From positions 31,736 to 95,735 of the IMG/VR virus record IMGVR_UViG_3300019374_000291: a stretch of DNA of 64,000 bases. The stretch is one strand, 5' to 3'. The translations under genes were made by a program, and so were the position numbers. A model generated the notes under the pieces. That model searched no databases and was not told the origin of the DNA. It saw nothing but the letters and a program-made list of their open reading frames with translations. Origin of the DNA: a virus (taxonomy: Duplodnaviria > Caudoviricetes). Position 1 is the first letter of the stretch; each line of letters starts with the position of its first letter. Of this stretch, positions 16,860 to 27,246 are shown in pieces.

Positions 16860-16990
16860 GGGCCCTGCAATTTCGCGTTTTTTCACACGAGAGGGGCCGA
16901 CGGTCTTCTGTTCGGTATCCCGCAGAGATTCCGACCCGCCCCCCGGGGCAGCCCCCAGTCCCCGGCCCCGCCCCGTAGATTCCCCCCTGA
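16860..16990 (-). other. Putative cos/packaging region
   Basis: G-rich CCCCGGGGGGCGGGTC...GACCGTCGGCCCCTC...CGCGAAATT directly downstream of the HNH gene, the usual position of cos in HK97-like phages. Confidence 0.45.
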
Positions 16991-16997
16991 GTCGCAG

Positions 16998-17357
16998 TCA
17001 ATACTTGTACTCAGGGGTGTGATCCTCATTCCGTGTCTTGATACTGTGGTGTCGGTGACAGAGGCTCTGCCAGTTGCTCTGATCCCAGAAGAGAACGCTG
17101 TCTCCTCGGTGCGGTTTGATGTGATCCACATCGGTCGCCTTGACGTAGCGGCCTTGCTTCATGCACTCCACACACAGCGGATGTGTCTCAAGGTAACGCT
17201 TGCGGGCTCTGTTCCATGCCGTTCCATAGCCTCGGCTGCCTGCGGAGCGTGTTTCCTCCGGGTGGAGGGCTCGGTGCTTGTCACAGTACTTCGTACCGTA
17301 GAGAACGAGCGCTGCACAGCCGGGATGCCGGCACGGTGTGTTCGGTCTGCTTGGCAT
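16998..17357 (-). CDS. Phage HNH endonuclease (terminase cofactor type)
   Basis: PCRHPGC...RGYGTAW...CVEC...VDHIKPHRGD...NWQSLCHRHH. Confidence 0.92.
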   Translation of the reverse strand: MPSRPNTPCRHPGCAALVLYGTKYCDKHRALHPEETRSAGSRGYGTAWNRARKRYLETHPLCVECMKQGRYVKATDVDHIKPHRGDSVLFWDQSNWQSLCHRHHSIKTRNEDHTPEYKY

Positions 17358-17458
17358 GATCTCTGCCTCCCTTCTCCGGAGCAGTTATTTTCATTGTGAT
17401 AGGGGCGGTCAGTCCCGCTTGGTTGATCGTAGGTTTGTGACCGGTCTGAACAACGCCC

Positions 17459-17496
17459 CTCATATACTGTCGTGGGAGAGGCGATTTGTAAGGGGT
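17459..17496 (-). promoter_or_regulatory. 38-bp repeat, copy A; candidate promoter for the element's own sigma factor
   Basis: 37/38 identical to 30004-30041; lies upstream of the HNH operon. Confidence 0.65.
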
Positions 17497-17521
17497 GCAA
17501 TAAAAATATTTTTGAGTTTTT

Positions 17522-18616
17522 TTATTTCTCCCACGGAAGCCCCTGCTTTCCGAAGTGCCCGTAGGCAGAAACCTTGTTGTAATCCACATCCAACAGACCG
17601 AGAGTTTCGATGATGCCTCTCGGTGTGAGGTCGTAGTTCTCACGGACGTACTGGTTGATAAACTCCGCATCCTGATGCTCTGTTCCGAAGGTCTCCACAT
17701 ACACGGACACAGGCTCGGCCACACCGATGGCATATGCGATCTGCACCTCTGCTTTATCCGCATATCCGGCGCTGACGATATCCCGTGCAATTTTTCTCGC
17801 TGCATACGCACCGCTGCGGTCAACCTTGGACGGATCCTTGCCGGACATCGCACCGCCGCCGATGTGTCCGATGCCGCCGTAGGTATCGCAGGCGAGTTTG
17901 CGTCCGGTCACACCGCAGTCTGCAAAAGAGCTGCCGAGAACGAATCTGCCGGTCGGATTGATCAGTTTCTCAAAGTCAGTATTCAGTCCGTACTCTGTCG
18001 CTGTTCTCACCATTAGCTTTTCAATGATCGGTCTGAAATCCTCAACATCCACATCGCGGATATGCTGTACCGAACAGAGGAAGGTCGTGATCCTTCCGCT
18101 GTCGTAGTCGAAGCTGACCTGCGCCTTGGCATCGGCTTTCAGCATACGGCAGGGGTACGCTTTCAGCAATACCAGAAATCTGGTTGCGATCACATACGGG
18201 ATCGGGAGCAGTTCCGGCGTTTCATTGGTCGCATAGCCGTACATCATACCCTGATCGCCTGCGCCGCCGATATTCACACCGAGGGCAATGTCACTGCTCT
18301 GGTGATCGACCAGAATCGCAATGTCCAGTTCATCGGCGGAGAAGTCCAGCTTGTAGTCCAGTCCGGCATCGCTGTTCTCCGCGCCACCGTTGTTGATGCG
18401 GTCGAACACATCCTGCACGAGCTTTTCGTAATCCGGCTCGTGAGTGCTTGTCAGCTCACCGGCGATGACAAGACAGCGGTTCTTGAAAAGACACTCAATC
18501 GCAACACGGCTGCTGCGGTCATGCTGCAAGCAGTCAGTCACGATGGCATCTGAGATCTGGTCACAGATCTTGTCGGGGTGTCCTGCGGATACCTGTTCTG
18601 AAGTAATAATTCTCAT
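17522..18616 (-). CDS. metK: S-adenosylmethionine synthetase
   Basis: SEQVSAGHPDKICDQISD, GAGDQG, GVTGRK, GGGAMSGKDPSKVDRS. Confidence 0.96.
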   Translation of the reverse strand: MRIITSEQVSAGHPDKICDQISDAIVTDCLQHDRSSRVAIECLFKNRCLVIAGELTSTHEPDYEKLVQDVFDRINNGGAENSDAGLDYKLDFSADELDIAILVDHQSSDIALGVNIGGAGDQGMMYGYATNETPELLPIPYVIATRFLVLLKAYPCRMLKADAKAQVSFDYDSGRITTFLCSVQHIRDVDVEDFRPIIEKLMVRTATEYGLNTDFEKLINPTGRFVLGSSFADCGVTGRKLACDTYGGIGHIGGGAMSGKDPSKVDRSGAYAARKIARDIVSAGYADKAEVQIAYAIGVAEPVSVYVETFGTEHQDAEFINQYVRENYDLTPRGIIETLGLLDVDYNKVSAYGHFGKQGLPWEK

Positions 18617-18617
18617 T

Positions 18618-18809
18618 TTATTTTTCCTCCTGATCATTTTTCTCAAATACGCACAAGAGCGTACAAAAATCGCCGGATACATCAAGCACGGTTGTTTGTG
18701 TCAGTCTCATACCGGGCATTTCGGCAAGTGCATCGTTGATCATCATATCGATGGTTCTGCCACATTCCTTGTTTTCCATAGCTCCCAGAAATACTCGTGA
18801 TGTTTGCAT
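18618..18809 (-). CDS. Small hypothetical protein
   Basis: ATG at 18809 after AGGAGG. Confidence 0.55.
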   Translation of the reverse strand: MQTSRVFLGAMENKECGRTIDMMINDALAEMPGMRLTQTTVLDVSGDFCTLLCVFEKNDQEEK

Positions 18810-18899
18810 AGTCTTTTCCTCCTGAATTCTATTTTTGGGTCTGTCTCTCACGGATCTGTACCCCGTGCTTTGCAATACACAAAAGCTGTCAACGGCCGT

Positions 18900-19095
18900 T
18901 TTCGCAAAGATCTTATTCTCTTAAAGTCTTAAAGTGTAATATATATGTTGCTAATGTTGCAGTAGTTTTCTATTATAATAATAAATACACAATAAACATA
19001 TATAGAGTAACCGATTCTATCTGCAACACCAGCAACACGAATAGGCGTAAGCAACGTAAATGCGGACAAAACGCATATATTTACAGCACATCACA
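18900..19095. other. AT-rich tract with short repeats after the primase; candidate replication origin
   Basis: TGTTGC x2 facing GCAACA x2, TCTTAAAG x2 and an AT-rich core. Confidence 0.45.
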
Positions 19096-19099
19096 CCTT

Positions 19100-21571
19100 T
19101 TACTCTGTTTCACTGATGGGTACGAAGTCATCTTCCGGTTCTTCGCCGACAACCCATATGATATCATTGACCATAGTGGTAGTGCAGGCACCTTCTTCAT
19201 CTCTGGGTCTCCTGCGCTGATACACAAAGCCGGCCTGTTCCATCTTTTTGCGGAAATTGGCAGCGTTTTCGTACTTGAAGCCGTTTTCGGCGCACCAGTC
19301 CTTGTAACGGCTATAAACTGCCTGCGCTCTCAGTTCCTGCCCGATTTCCTTCTTCACACATTGAGAAGTGAACATCATAATACGATCAGACTGCTGACGA
19401 TATTCCTTTGTTGCATTCTCAACAGAGTCAGGCATATCCAGACCTTCTGTCATATACAGACGAAAGCCCTCAAGACACCAGTTCAGTATACCGGATAAAT
19501 TTTCGCTTCTGGCAAAGAACGACTTTAGGTCGATGTCACGTTCTTCAGCGGTGAAGTGGCGGTTGAACGGGATTATCTTGATACGGTCAGATTCAAACAG
19601 CGTCATATCCGAGATCTGCGGCAGATGGTTGGTATCAATAAACAGCTTGAACTGCGGTTTGAACTCGAAGGAATTCTCACGCAGGAAACGGGCGGTCAGG
19701 ATATTGTTACCGGTCATCTGCTTGGTAAGGGATGCATCGATCTGCATGGACTTTTCCGGCTCAGAGACATTGACCATTCTTGCGCCGTTCAGACGCGCCA
19801 CATCCTCGGACGGCCCGGAGGAATCCGCAAAGCCTTTCTTACTGAGCATATCCGGCTTTGCCGTTCTGCCGTACTCACCGAGAATGCGGAGAATGGTTTC
19901 CATTGTGGTACCCTTGCCGTTACGGGAAGTAGCACCGTAGAGAATGAACATACATTCAAGTCTTGTGTCACCCGACATTGCATAGCCGATTGCTTTCTGA
20001 AGATACCTGATTCTTCCCTTGTCGCCCTCCATGACCTCGTCCATAAAAGACAGCCATCGGTCACAGACGGCATCCGGCACATAGTCAACTTCGGTCATCT
20101 TTGTGAGCATATCTGCCGGATCATGTGCTTTGAACTCGCCGGTGAGAAGATTGATCGTTCCGTTGTGGCAGTTAAAGAGAAATTTGTCACGATCAAAGGC
20201 AGACATATCAACTGTGACTGCCGGATCGGAAGCGGCGTCCTTTACCATGAGGTCACGGTATTTACGCTGATCCAGTTTCTGCACACGTTCAAGGAATCGT
20301 TTTCTGGTATCCTCCGATATAATTCTTGGAACGAAAGCAAGCAGCGTATCACGGAAGTCTTTTGCCATTTCAGCAATCTTGATGTCATGCTGATCGGGAC
20401 GCCAGACACGGCCGTCATAAATATACCAACGGCCTCTTGTATCGTTCATCAGGATAATGCTGCGGAAGAAATCCACAAACATTCTGCCATTGCCGATCTG
20501 GAAGGATTCATAGCGGGGATTGGTATGCGGTGAAAGCTCATCGACCGTTGTAGAGAGAAAACGGTAATCAGGTGTAAAGGTGTATCCCTCTCGCTCCCTG
20601 CGATCACGCTCTTCCTGAATCGTGCTTGCATCGAGATCTGTAAAGTCGAGAAGAACATCGTCCTCATCAGGCAAGCCGCTAACAGGACGATAGATCTCAG
20701 AGCATGAGGATACAGCGTTCCGGATCGTGATCTCGCCATAGGTTGCATCGCCGGTTCGTCTGTCCCATTTGTCACGCATCAAGCCGCTGCTGCGGAAGAT
20801 ACGGTCGATTTGTTCTTCTACGCAGCCGCACCAAAAGCAGAGCATAGACACAAACGCCATGTCTGCATCTGACTGAGAGTCGTATCCTTCCTCCCATCTG
20901 CCGTCATAGAGAGCCTTGAACTTATCACCGGATTTGGATTCCGATGCGTGTTTAATGACCTGTTCATCCGTGAAATATGACACAGGATTGCCTTTGAAAG
21001 CGGATGCGGCGCGGGTGCTGCGCTTCATGAACGTATCAAGAGCCGTTTTGAGCGCATCATCGTCACGTTCTACAGTTCCTTCCCGGAACATATCTCCGGT
21101 CACAGTGACAAAGCGGTTAGTCGTTCCCGGCAGATAGACCTCCAGACCGTGCTTGCGGTTGTTGATGTAGTACACGGTCTTGTCATAAGCAAAGTCAGGA
21201 GAGAGCTTGAAAAAGCCGCGCAGTCCCGTGCCGGAGGGAGAACGTTCAAAATAAGCAGTTGAGAAGATACCGAGAATGGAAGCCGCCACATCGTTCAGGC
21301 TTCCGTCCTCACGGATACAGTGGTCAATATCAATGGCACCGATGCCCTCGCTGACACGATAACCGATGCCGTCCCAGCCACCGATCGCATATGCCTTCAT
21401 AGCGGTCTTGAAGTCGGCGAAGGTGGACGGATCGTTGGTCTTTGCCATTGCTCCGGTCTTCGGGTTGTACGGCACCTTAGTCGGTCTGCCACTGCGCTTC
21501 TCAAGCTTCCATACGCAGAAGGATGCATTGTGTTTCAGTGCATCCGGGATATTTACAAAATTTACAGGCAT
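19100..21571 (-). CDS. Primase-helicase (prim-pol N-terminus, P4/D5 family SF3 helicase)
   Basis: IDIDHC, ERSPSGTG, DSQSDAD; LYGATSRNGKGT Walker A; TNHLP. Confidence 0.92.
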   Translation of the reverse strand: MPVNFVNIPDALKHNASFCVWKLEKRSGRPTKVPYNPKTGAMAKTNDPSTFADFKTAMKAYAIGGWDGIGYRVSEGIGAIDIDHCIREDGSLNDVAASILGIFSTAYFERSPSGTGLRGFFKLSPDFAYDKTVYYINNRKHGLEVYLPGTTNRFVTVTGDMFREGTVERDDDALKTALDTFMKRSTRAASAFKGNPVSYFTDEQVIKHASESKSGDKFKALYDGRWEEGYDSQSDADMAFVSMLCFWCGCVEEQIDRIFRSSGLMRDKWDRRTGDATYGEITIRNAVSSCSEIYRPVSGLPDEDDVLLDFTDLDASTIQEERDRREREGYTFTPDYRFLSTTVDELSPHTNPRYESFQIGNGRMFVDFFRSIILMNDTRGRWYIYDGRVWRPDQHDIKIAEMAKDFRDTLLAFVPRIISEDTRKRFLERVQKLDQRKYRDLMVKDAASDPAVTVDMSAFDRDKFLFNCHNGTINLLTGEFKAHDPADMLTKMTEVDYVPDAVCDRWLSFMDEVMEGDKGRIRYLQKAIGYAMSGDTRLECMFILYGATSRNGKGTTMETILRILGEYGRTAKPDMLSKKGFADSSGPSEDVARLNGARMVNVSEPEKSMQIDASLTKQMTGNNILTARFLRENSFEFKPQFKLFIDTNHLPQISDMTLFESDRIKIIPFNRHFTAEERDIDLKSFFARSENLSGILNWCLEGFRLYMTEGLDMPDSVENATKEYRQQSDRIMMFTSQCVKKEIGQELRAQAVYSRYKDWCAENGFKYENAANFRKKMEQAGFVYQRRRPRDEEGACTTTMVNDIIWVVGEEPEDDFVPISETE

Positions 21572-22047
21572 TCGGGATGTCTCCTTTCAAGGAAAAGCTG
21601 TGCAATGACAGCGGTTTCAATACGGTTCATCGCATCGGCATCCGAGATATGCCCTGCATAGCTGCGGAGCGCATGCTTGCTGACAGTCGTAAGCTGCTCC
21701 GCAAGGATCATGGACGGATCCAGATGCTGATGAATATCGGAAATACTGTCGGGGAACAGATGCGTATGGCACGGCAGCTCCGGCTTTTTCAAGTGCCGCG
21801 TCATGGGAATGATATTGACCGTGTCGGCGTGCGCATTGCCCATATCATTCGAGAGAATGATCACAGGACGAATGCCGCCCTGCACGCTGGAATCCGGATG
21901 ACTGCCGAGATCCGCAAACCAGATGTCGCCGCGCTGCGGTTTGTGTTCAGCTGTGTGATGCTGCACCGGCGCAGTGATATATTTTCTCGGATCGAAACCG
22001 AGCCCTCTGTGGTATTCTGTTTTCAGGCGTTTGTTCTTACGCGCCAT
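21562..22047 (-). CDS. PemK/MazF-family protein
   Basis: RGDIWFADL...SVQGGIRPVIILSND...IPMT...SMILAEQLTTV. Confidence 0.85.
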   Translation of the reverse strand: MARKNKRLKTEYHRGLGFDPRKYITAPVQHHTAEHKPQRGDIWFADLGSHPDSSVQGGIRPVIILSNDMGNAHADTVNIIPMTRHLKKPELPCHTHLFPDSISDIHQHLDPSMILAEQLTTVSKHALRSYAGHISDADAMNRIETAVIAQLFLERRHPECL

Positions 22048-22143
22048 AGTTTTCACCTCCGTGGTCTGCGGCGTAACCGAATTGTCGCCGCTTTGCCGTC
22101 CTTCTGTCGTCAAATGACAGAAGATCATACAGTCTGTATATTG

Positions 22144-23514
22144 TTACAATCTTGCCTTGACTGCGGCGATCAGTTTCTCCTGTGTTACATCCTTATTGGC
22201 GAGAGCAGCAAGCACATCTTCATCGACAGTGTCTTTTGTTACGATATGATGGATCGTGACAGTGTGCTGCTGTCCTTGTCTCCAAAGGCGGGCATTTGTT
22301 TGCTGATACAGTTCCAGACTCCATGTCAGCCCGAACCATATCATAATGTGACCGCCGGACTGAATATTCAGTCCGTGTCCTGCCGAAGCCGGATGTATGA
22401 GAGCAACAGCAATCTTTCCGGCGTTCCAGTCAGTGATGTCAGATGAATCCTTGATATCCCTCGGAGCATAGCCACAAGCGGTCAGATGCTCCATGATACG
22501 GGTGCGGTCATGCTTGAACCAGTATCCGATCAGCACAGGCTGTCCGTTTGCCGCTTCGATCAGGTCTTCCAGCATCTCCAGCTTTCGGCTGTGAATGGTA
22601 CGCACTTCCTTGTTTTCGTCATAGACAGCACCGTTCGCCATCTGAAGCAGCTTATTACTAAGGCTCGCAGCATTGGCGGCATCAATATCTCCGTCTTCAA
22701 GCGGAATGATAAGGTCGTGTTTCAACTGATCATAAAGCTTTCGCTCCACCGCATTCATCTCGACCTCATGGTTGACATACACGCACTCCGGCATATCCAA
22801 GTAGTCAAGGGCTTTCATGGAAATTGTAATATCCGAGATTTTCTGATATATCTGCTCTTCTGCACCGGGACGGGGTGTATATGAGAATACCACACCCGTA
22901 CTCGGATTCATGCTGCCGGGCTTGAAGTAGCTTTCACGGAATCTGCCGATAAACCGCCCGAGCCGTTCGCCACCGTCAAGGATGCCGATCTCCGCCCATA
23001 AGTCCATGAGACCGTTTGAAGTCGGCGTTCCTGTCAGGCCGACCCAGCGTTTCACGAAAGGGCGCACCTTCCGCAGCCATTTGAAACGCTGTGACTGATA
23101 GTTCTTGAAGGAACTCAGCTCGTCAATGACGATCATGTCAAAATCCCAGCGCAGGCCGTTTTTCTCGTAATACTCCACGAGCCATTTCACATTCTCACGA
23201 TTCACGATGTAAATAAAAGCATTATGATTGACTGCTGCGGTACGCTCCTTGACGCTGCCGACAATGACAGATATTTCAAGATTCTGCAAATGATCCCACT
23301 TTTTCACTTCGGCAGGCCATGTGTCACGGGCTACTCTAAGGGGTGCGATCACAAGCACTTTGTTCACTTTTAGCTCGTCAAACATCAGGGCGTTGAGGGC
23401 TGTCAGCGTGATGATCGTCTTGCCGAGTCCCATGTCCAGGAATAATGCCGAAACAGGATGCTCCCGGATATATTCGATGCAGTATTTCTGGTAATCGTGC
23501 GGTGTATATTTCAT
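22144..23514 (-). CDS. SNF2-family helicase
   Basis: LDMGLGKT, IDELS, LTGTP, GHGLNIQ, QTNARLWRQGQ. Confidence 0.93.
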   Translation of the reverse strand: MKYTPHDYQKYCIEYIREHPVSALFLDMGLGKTIITLTALNALMFDELKVNKVLVIAPLRVARDTWPAEVKKWDHLQNLEISVIVGSVKERTAAVNHNAFIYIVNRENVKWLVEYYEKNGLRWDFDMIVIDELSSFKNYQSQRFKWLRKVRPFVKRWVGLTGTPTSNGLMDLWAEIGILDGGERLGRFIGRFRESYFKPGSMNPSTGVVFSYTPRPGAEEQIYQKISDITISMKALDYLDMPECVYVNHEVEMNAVERKLYDQLKHDLIIPLEDGDIDAANAASLSNKLLQMANGAVYDENKEVRTIHSRKLEMLEDLIEAANGQPVLIGYWFKHDRTRIMEHLTACGYAPRDIKDSSDITDWNAGKIAVALIHPASAGHGLNIQSGGHIMIWFGLTWSLELYQQTNARLWRQGQQHTVTIHHIVTKDTVDEDVLAALANKDVTQEKLIAAVKARL

Positions 23515-23951
23515 CCGGTATCATCCTCCTCCAATTCATAGAATCCTGCCAGCTCATCGGGATTGATCGGTTCAAGCGTTTCACCGAAATCATCCATTTC
23601 AGACGGAAGCATTGTGACTTCCAGATCAGGTATCTTTGCTCCAATACCCTCCGGAAACGGTTCACCGGGCTTCCATGCCAATATTGCATCAATGCACGGT
23701 TTGATCTGATGTAGCTTGTCAATGCAGAGAACCGGAAAGCCCAGTTTCATCAGCTGATACCGTCTTTTTCTCTGCAGTGGGCGCATCATCTTGCCCGGAG
23801 CTTTCAGCTCGACAAACACTGTCTTTGCAGGAAAGAACAGAACGAGTCTGTCCGGCAGCCCGTTCGCTGTCTGCGATGTCAGCTTATATGCCACACCGCC
23901 GGCTGCCTTGACTGCCTTGACAAACTCGTTCTCAACAACATATTCTCTCAA
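23511..23951 (-). CDS. VRR-NUC domain nuclease
   Basis: GLPDRL...FVELKAPG...LQ; TTG start overlapping the upstream stop. Confidence 0.88.
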   Translation of the reverse strand: MREYVVENEFVKAVKAAGGVAYKLTSQTANGLPDRLVLFFPAKTVFVELKAPGKMMRPLQRKRRYQLMKLGFPVLCIDKLHQIKPCIDAILAWKPGEPFPEGIGAKIPDLEVTMLPSEMDDFGETLEPINPDELAGFYELEEDDTG

Positions 23952-24181
23952 TATCTGCCGTCCTTCCAGTATTCGCACCAACCGGACGGGAACGGCGTAT
24001 GACAGCAGTTTCCATAGAAGCGGCAGTTCTCACAGCACTGGTCGTCTACATACAGTTCCTCGTCACTGTGGTCGTAATCGTCATAGCCGCCGCGGGTGTA
24101 ATTACAGATCTCCGGCACAGGATATCCGCGGCGTTTTCTGCGTGTTTTATATCCTTTTCTGTCTTTCCATGTTCTGCTCAT
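23948..24181 (-). CDS. Small Cys-rich hypothetical protein
   Basis: Overlaps both neighbours; CENC...WCEYW. Confidence 0.6.
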   Translation of the reverse strand: MSRTWKDRKGYKTRRKRRGYPVPEICNYTRGGYDDYDHSDEELYVDDQCCENCRFYGNCCHTPFPSGWCEYWKDGRY

Positions 24182-25227
24182 GCGTTGATCTCCTTCCACT
24201 GTGTTTTCGGCATGGTTGCCACTTGCCAGCCGATGCCTTCCAGCGCAGTGGCTCTGTCGTAGGACTCTACATCCTGCGAAGCCCGCGTGATGGCATTGCT
24301 CAGACCATAGAGGGAGAGATCGCCGCCCTTGATGAGATAGTTCAGAATGCTGTCCTGTTCCGGCTGATTGAGGTCATATGCCTTGCCGGTCAGCTCGATG
24401 ACATCCTGAACTCTGCCGGTGATCTTTGCACCGTGACTCTGCTCCAATACACCGACGATCTGAGAAAACCTTGCTTCTTCGATTGCAGCAAGCGTTGTGT
24501 CACGGAGCTTCAGCATAAAGGCATGATCTTCTGCTTCGAGCGTTTCATCTGTATAGATATTGAAGCTGTCTTCCAGCGCCTTCGCAGCTCTGCCCACATG
24601 GGTACGGCGTTCGCCCATACTGTTGACCACCATGCCGTTGGTGCAGGCAAGCGTATAGACAAGGGGCTGCACGGAAACAGCGCCGAGCCCGACCTCGGAA
24701 TTGGAAATGATAACACCTGCCTGAACTCTGTCTCCGACACAAGCCATTTCAAGGCGATGATTGACGATCTTCAGATACAGCTTGTTCTCGGTAACCTCGC
24801 AGCTCATGACCTCCATGCCGTCCCACCCTGCAAACAGTGGCAGCACCGCCGATGCGATCTCCAAGTTATCGATACGGCGATAGCGGTCAGATAATAAAGC
24901 TCTTGCGACCTGTCCGCTACCATAGTCAAGCGTTCTGACCATGTAGCTGTTGTCCTTGTCGGAGAACCATGCGTTCACGTTATCTGCCAGAAGCTCCGGC
25001 TTCTGTTTCTGCATCATATCATAATATCTCGCGGGGATACCGAGTGCCGATGCCACCTGACGATGGAAAAGCTGTGTTGTGCCGAAGCTGTGATCATCCC
25101 CGATGCGGAATGTGCTGCCGTCCTCGTCCAGACGGAATGCCTCCGCCGCACCGATATAGTCCTGCTTTGCCGCATTCTGACGCTGAAGCTCTGTCAGCAC
25201 CTCCGGTAATGCTCGTCCCTGTTTCAT
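24178..25227 (-). CDS. DUF932-like protein
   Basis: RALLSDRYRRIDN...ISNSEVGLG...LACTNGM. Confidence 0.8.
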   Translation of the reverse strand: MKQGRALPEVLTELQRQNAAKQDYIGAAEAFRLDEDGSTFRIGDDHSFGTTQLFHRQVASALGIPARYYDMMQKQKPELLADNVNAWFSDKDNSYMVRTLDYGSGQVARALLSDRYRRIDNLEIASAVLPLFAGWDGMEVMSCEVTENKLYLKIVNHRLEMACVGDRVQAGVIISNSEVGLGAVSVQPLVYTLACTNGMVVNSMGERRTHVGRAAKALEDSFNIYTDETLEAEDHAFMLKLRDTTLAAIEEARFSQIVGVLEQSHGAKITGRVQDVIELTGKAYDLNQPEQDSILNYLIKGGDLSLYGLSNAITRASQDVESYDRATALEGIGWQVATMPKTQWKEINA

Positions 25228-25239
25228 AGAAAAATCCTC

Positions 25240-27195
25240 CTAGTCTTTGAAATAATAATTGCCTGTATATCCGGCAGAGGACAGCGGAAGGCCGTCCGCC
25301 CATGCAGGATTTCGGTTCATGATATTGCACACATCATCGACAGTGTATTGTCCTTTCGGCACTTCGAGAATGACTTCATCGTGTACATGGCCGACAATGC
25401 CGAGCCCTGTAAGCTCCATGCGCCGCATTGCCTCGGCAAGCAGGTCACGGGCGGTCGCCTGTGTGATGTTCTCTGTCAGCTTCCCGCTGTAGGTCTCGCC
25501 GCGTGTCCATTTGTTGTTTGCGCCGAGCCCTTCAAAGGTCAGTGCCATGCGCCCGAAGCGGTTCGGCTGCAGCTTTGGTTTGATGTAGGCAAGCCTGCGA
25601 CCTGACGGCAGCACGATCCACAGTGTATTTGCAGAGAACTGAAAACCGATCCTGCCAACTGTTCTGTCCGTATGGTCCTTTACTGTTTCGATTGCCGCTT
25701 TTTCCACGGCATACCAGAACTTTACGATCTCCGGATTTGCATCGCGCCAGCTTGAAATGATGTCGGGCAGTTCATCCTCTTTCAGTCCCATATCCAGTGC
25801 GCCCATAGAGATCAGCGCACCGGCACCGCCACCGTAACCGCAGGCCAGTTCTGCGACCTTGCCTTTCTGCCGCAGTTCACCGTTGATACCGTGCTTCACG
25901 ACCGGAACGCCGAACATCTGCGAAGCGGAAGCACAGTAGATATCTTCACCGCGCTGAAATGCATCCAACCGCCATTGCTCTCCGGCAAGCCATGCCAGCA
26001 CACGAGCCTCGATAGCTGAGAAGTCTGCAACGATAAACTCACAGCCTTCTTTCGGGATCAGCATCGTGCGGATAAGCTGTGACAGGATATCCGGCGTATT
26101 GCCGTACAATGCTTCGATCATATCAAAACAACCCATTTTGACCAGTTCTCTTGCCTCATCAAGCGTAGAGATGTGGTTCTGCGGAAGATTCTGCAATTGG
26201 ATCCCGCGTCCTGCCCAGCGCTGTGTACGGTTCGCACCGGAGAACTGAAACAGTCCGTGCGCTCTGCCGTCCTGACAGATGTATCTCTCTGCCGCCTGAT
26301 ACTTTTTCACAGAGGACTTTGCCATCTGCAAACGCAGCTTCATCATATCCAGAGCCTCGCCGTCAGCACTATGTTTGTCAAGGTCTGTGATAAGAGAAGC
26401 GACATTCTTTTTACCGAGGGAATCGACCTCAATGCCGCGCTCCTCCAGCCAGCCCTTCAGCTGAGATACAGAATTCGGATTTTCAAGTCCTGTGAGAGCA
26501 TAGGCACGTTTGGTCATTTCTTCGGACATCGCCATATTGCAGATGATCGCCTGCTGTACCAGTTCCTTGTCGATCAGGATACCGCGGTCATTGATCCGCT
26601 GATCCATGTGGTAGTAGTCCCATTCCTGCGGGAGCAGGGGGAACTTTTCAAGCCTGCGGCGGATATCCCGCTCGGTCTCCACGTCCTGTATGCAGTAGCT
26701 TTTGAACAGCTTCCAGTCCTCTGGGGCGTGCTCAGGCAGATTCCTTGTTCTGCCGCCGTTTGCTTTGGTGGGCTTACAGGGCAGAGAGAAATAACGAATA
26801 AGTCGCTCACCGACGGCGTCCTTCTGCTGTGCAGTTTTCAGTGCCTGTGCAGCCGTTGCCAGCTTCAGCGGCAGGGACAGCGATGCCGCCCAGACCATCG
26901 TGCATTGCCACGCATCCGTGGAAAGCCTAATGCCGAGATATTTTGACAGGCAGGTGCGCTCAAACTGTGCGTTCCATGCCGATTTGATAATACTGTCATC
27001 CTGCAGCGCATCCATAATCTCTGCCGGAAGCTGCTCCCCGCAGGCCATATCCACGCATTTTGTCTCTTCGTCGTCAAAGGCGTATGCGAACAGTAGGATA
27101 TGGAAATCTCCCTCGACATAGCGGTACACACCGCAGTTCGGGAGGTCAACATCCGAATAGGTTTCAAGGTCGATGGAAAGTACACGTCTGCTCAA
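25240..27195 (-). CDS. Phage family A DNA polymerase
   Basis: IDLETYS exonuclease, DFSAIEARV, KVAELACGYGG, HVHDE. Confidence 0.95.
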   Translation of the reverse strand: MSRRVLSIDLETYSDVDLPNCGVYRYVEGDFHILLFAYAFDDEETKCVDMACGEQLPAEIMDALQDDSIIKSAWNAQFERTCLSKYLGIRLSTDAWQCTMVWAASLSLPLKLATAAQALKTAQQKDAVGERLIRYFSLPCKPTKANGGRTRNLPEHAPEDWKLFKSYCIQDVETERDIRRRLEKFPLLPQEWDYYHMDQRINDRGILIDKELVQQAIICNMAMSEEMTKRAYALTGLENPNSVSQLKGWLEERGIEVDSLGKKNVASLITDLDKHSADGEALDMMKLRLQMAKSSVKKYQAAERYICQDGRAHGLFQFSGANRTQRWAGRGIQLQNLPQNHISTLDEARELVKMGCFDMIEALYGNTPDILSQLIRTMLIPKEGCEFIVADFSAIEARVLAWLAGEQWRLDAFQRGEDIYCASASQMFGVPVVKHGINGELRQKGKVAELACGYGGGAGALISMGALDMGLKEDELPDIISSWRDANPEIVKFWYAVEKAAIETVKDHTDRTVGRIGFQFSANTLWIVLPSGRRLAYIKPKLQPNRFGRMALTFEGLGANNKWTRGETYSGKLTENITQATARDLLAEAMRRMELTGLGIVGHVHDEVILEVPKGQYTVDDVCNIMNRNPAWADGLPLSSAGYTGNYYFKD

Positions 27196-27246
27196 TAATG
27201 ATCACCACCTTTGTGTATGTAAAAGGGAGGACGCGCCTCCCTTATC

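Noticed and set aside
16920-16990. G-tracts as a G-quadruplex element
   Set aside because: Better explained by the GC-rich cos-like region after the HNH gene; there is no independent support.
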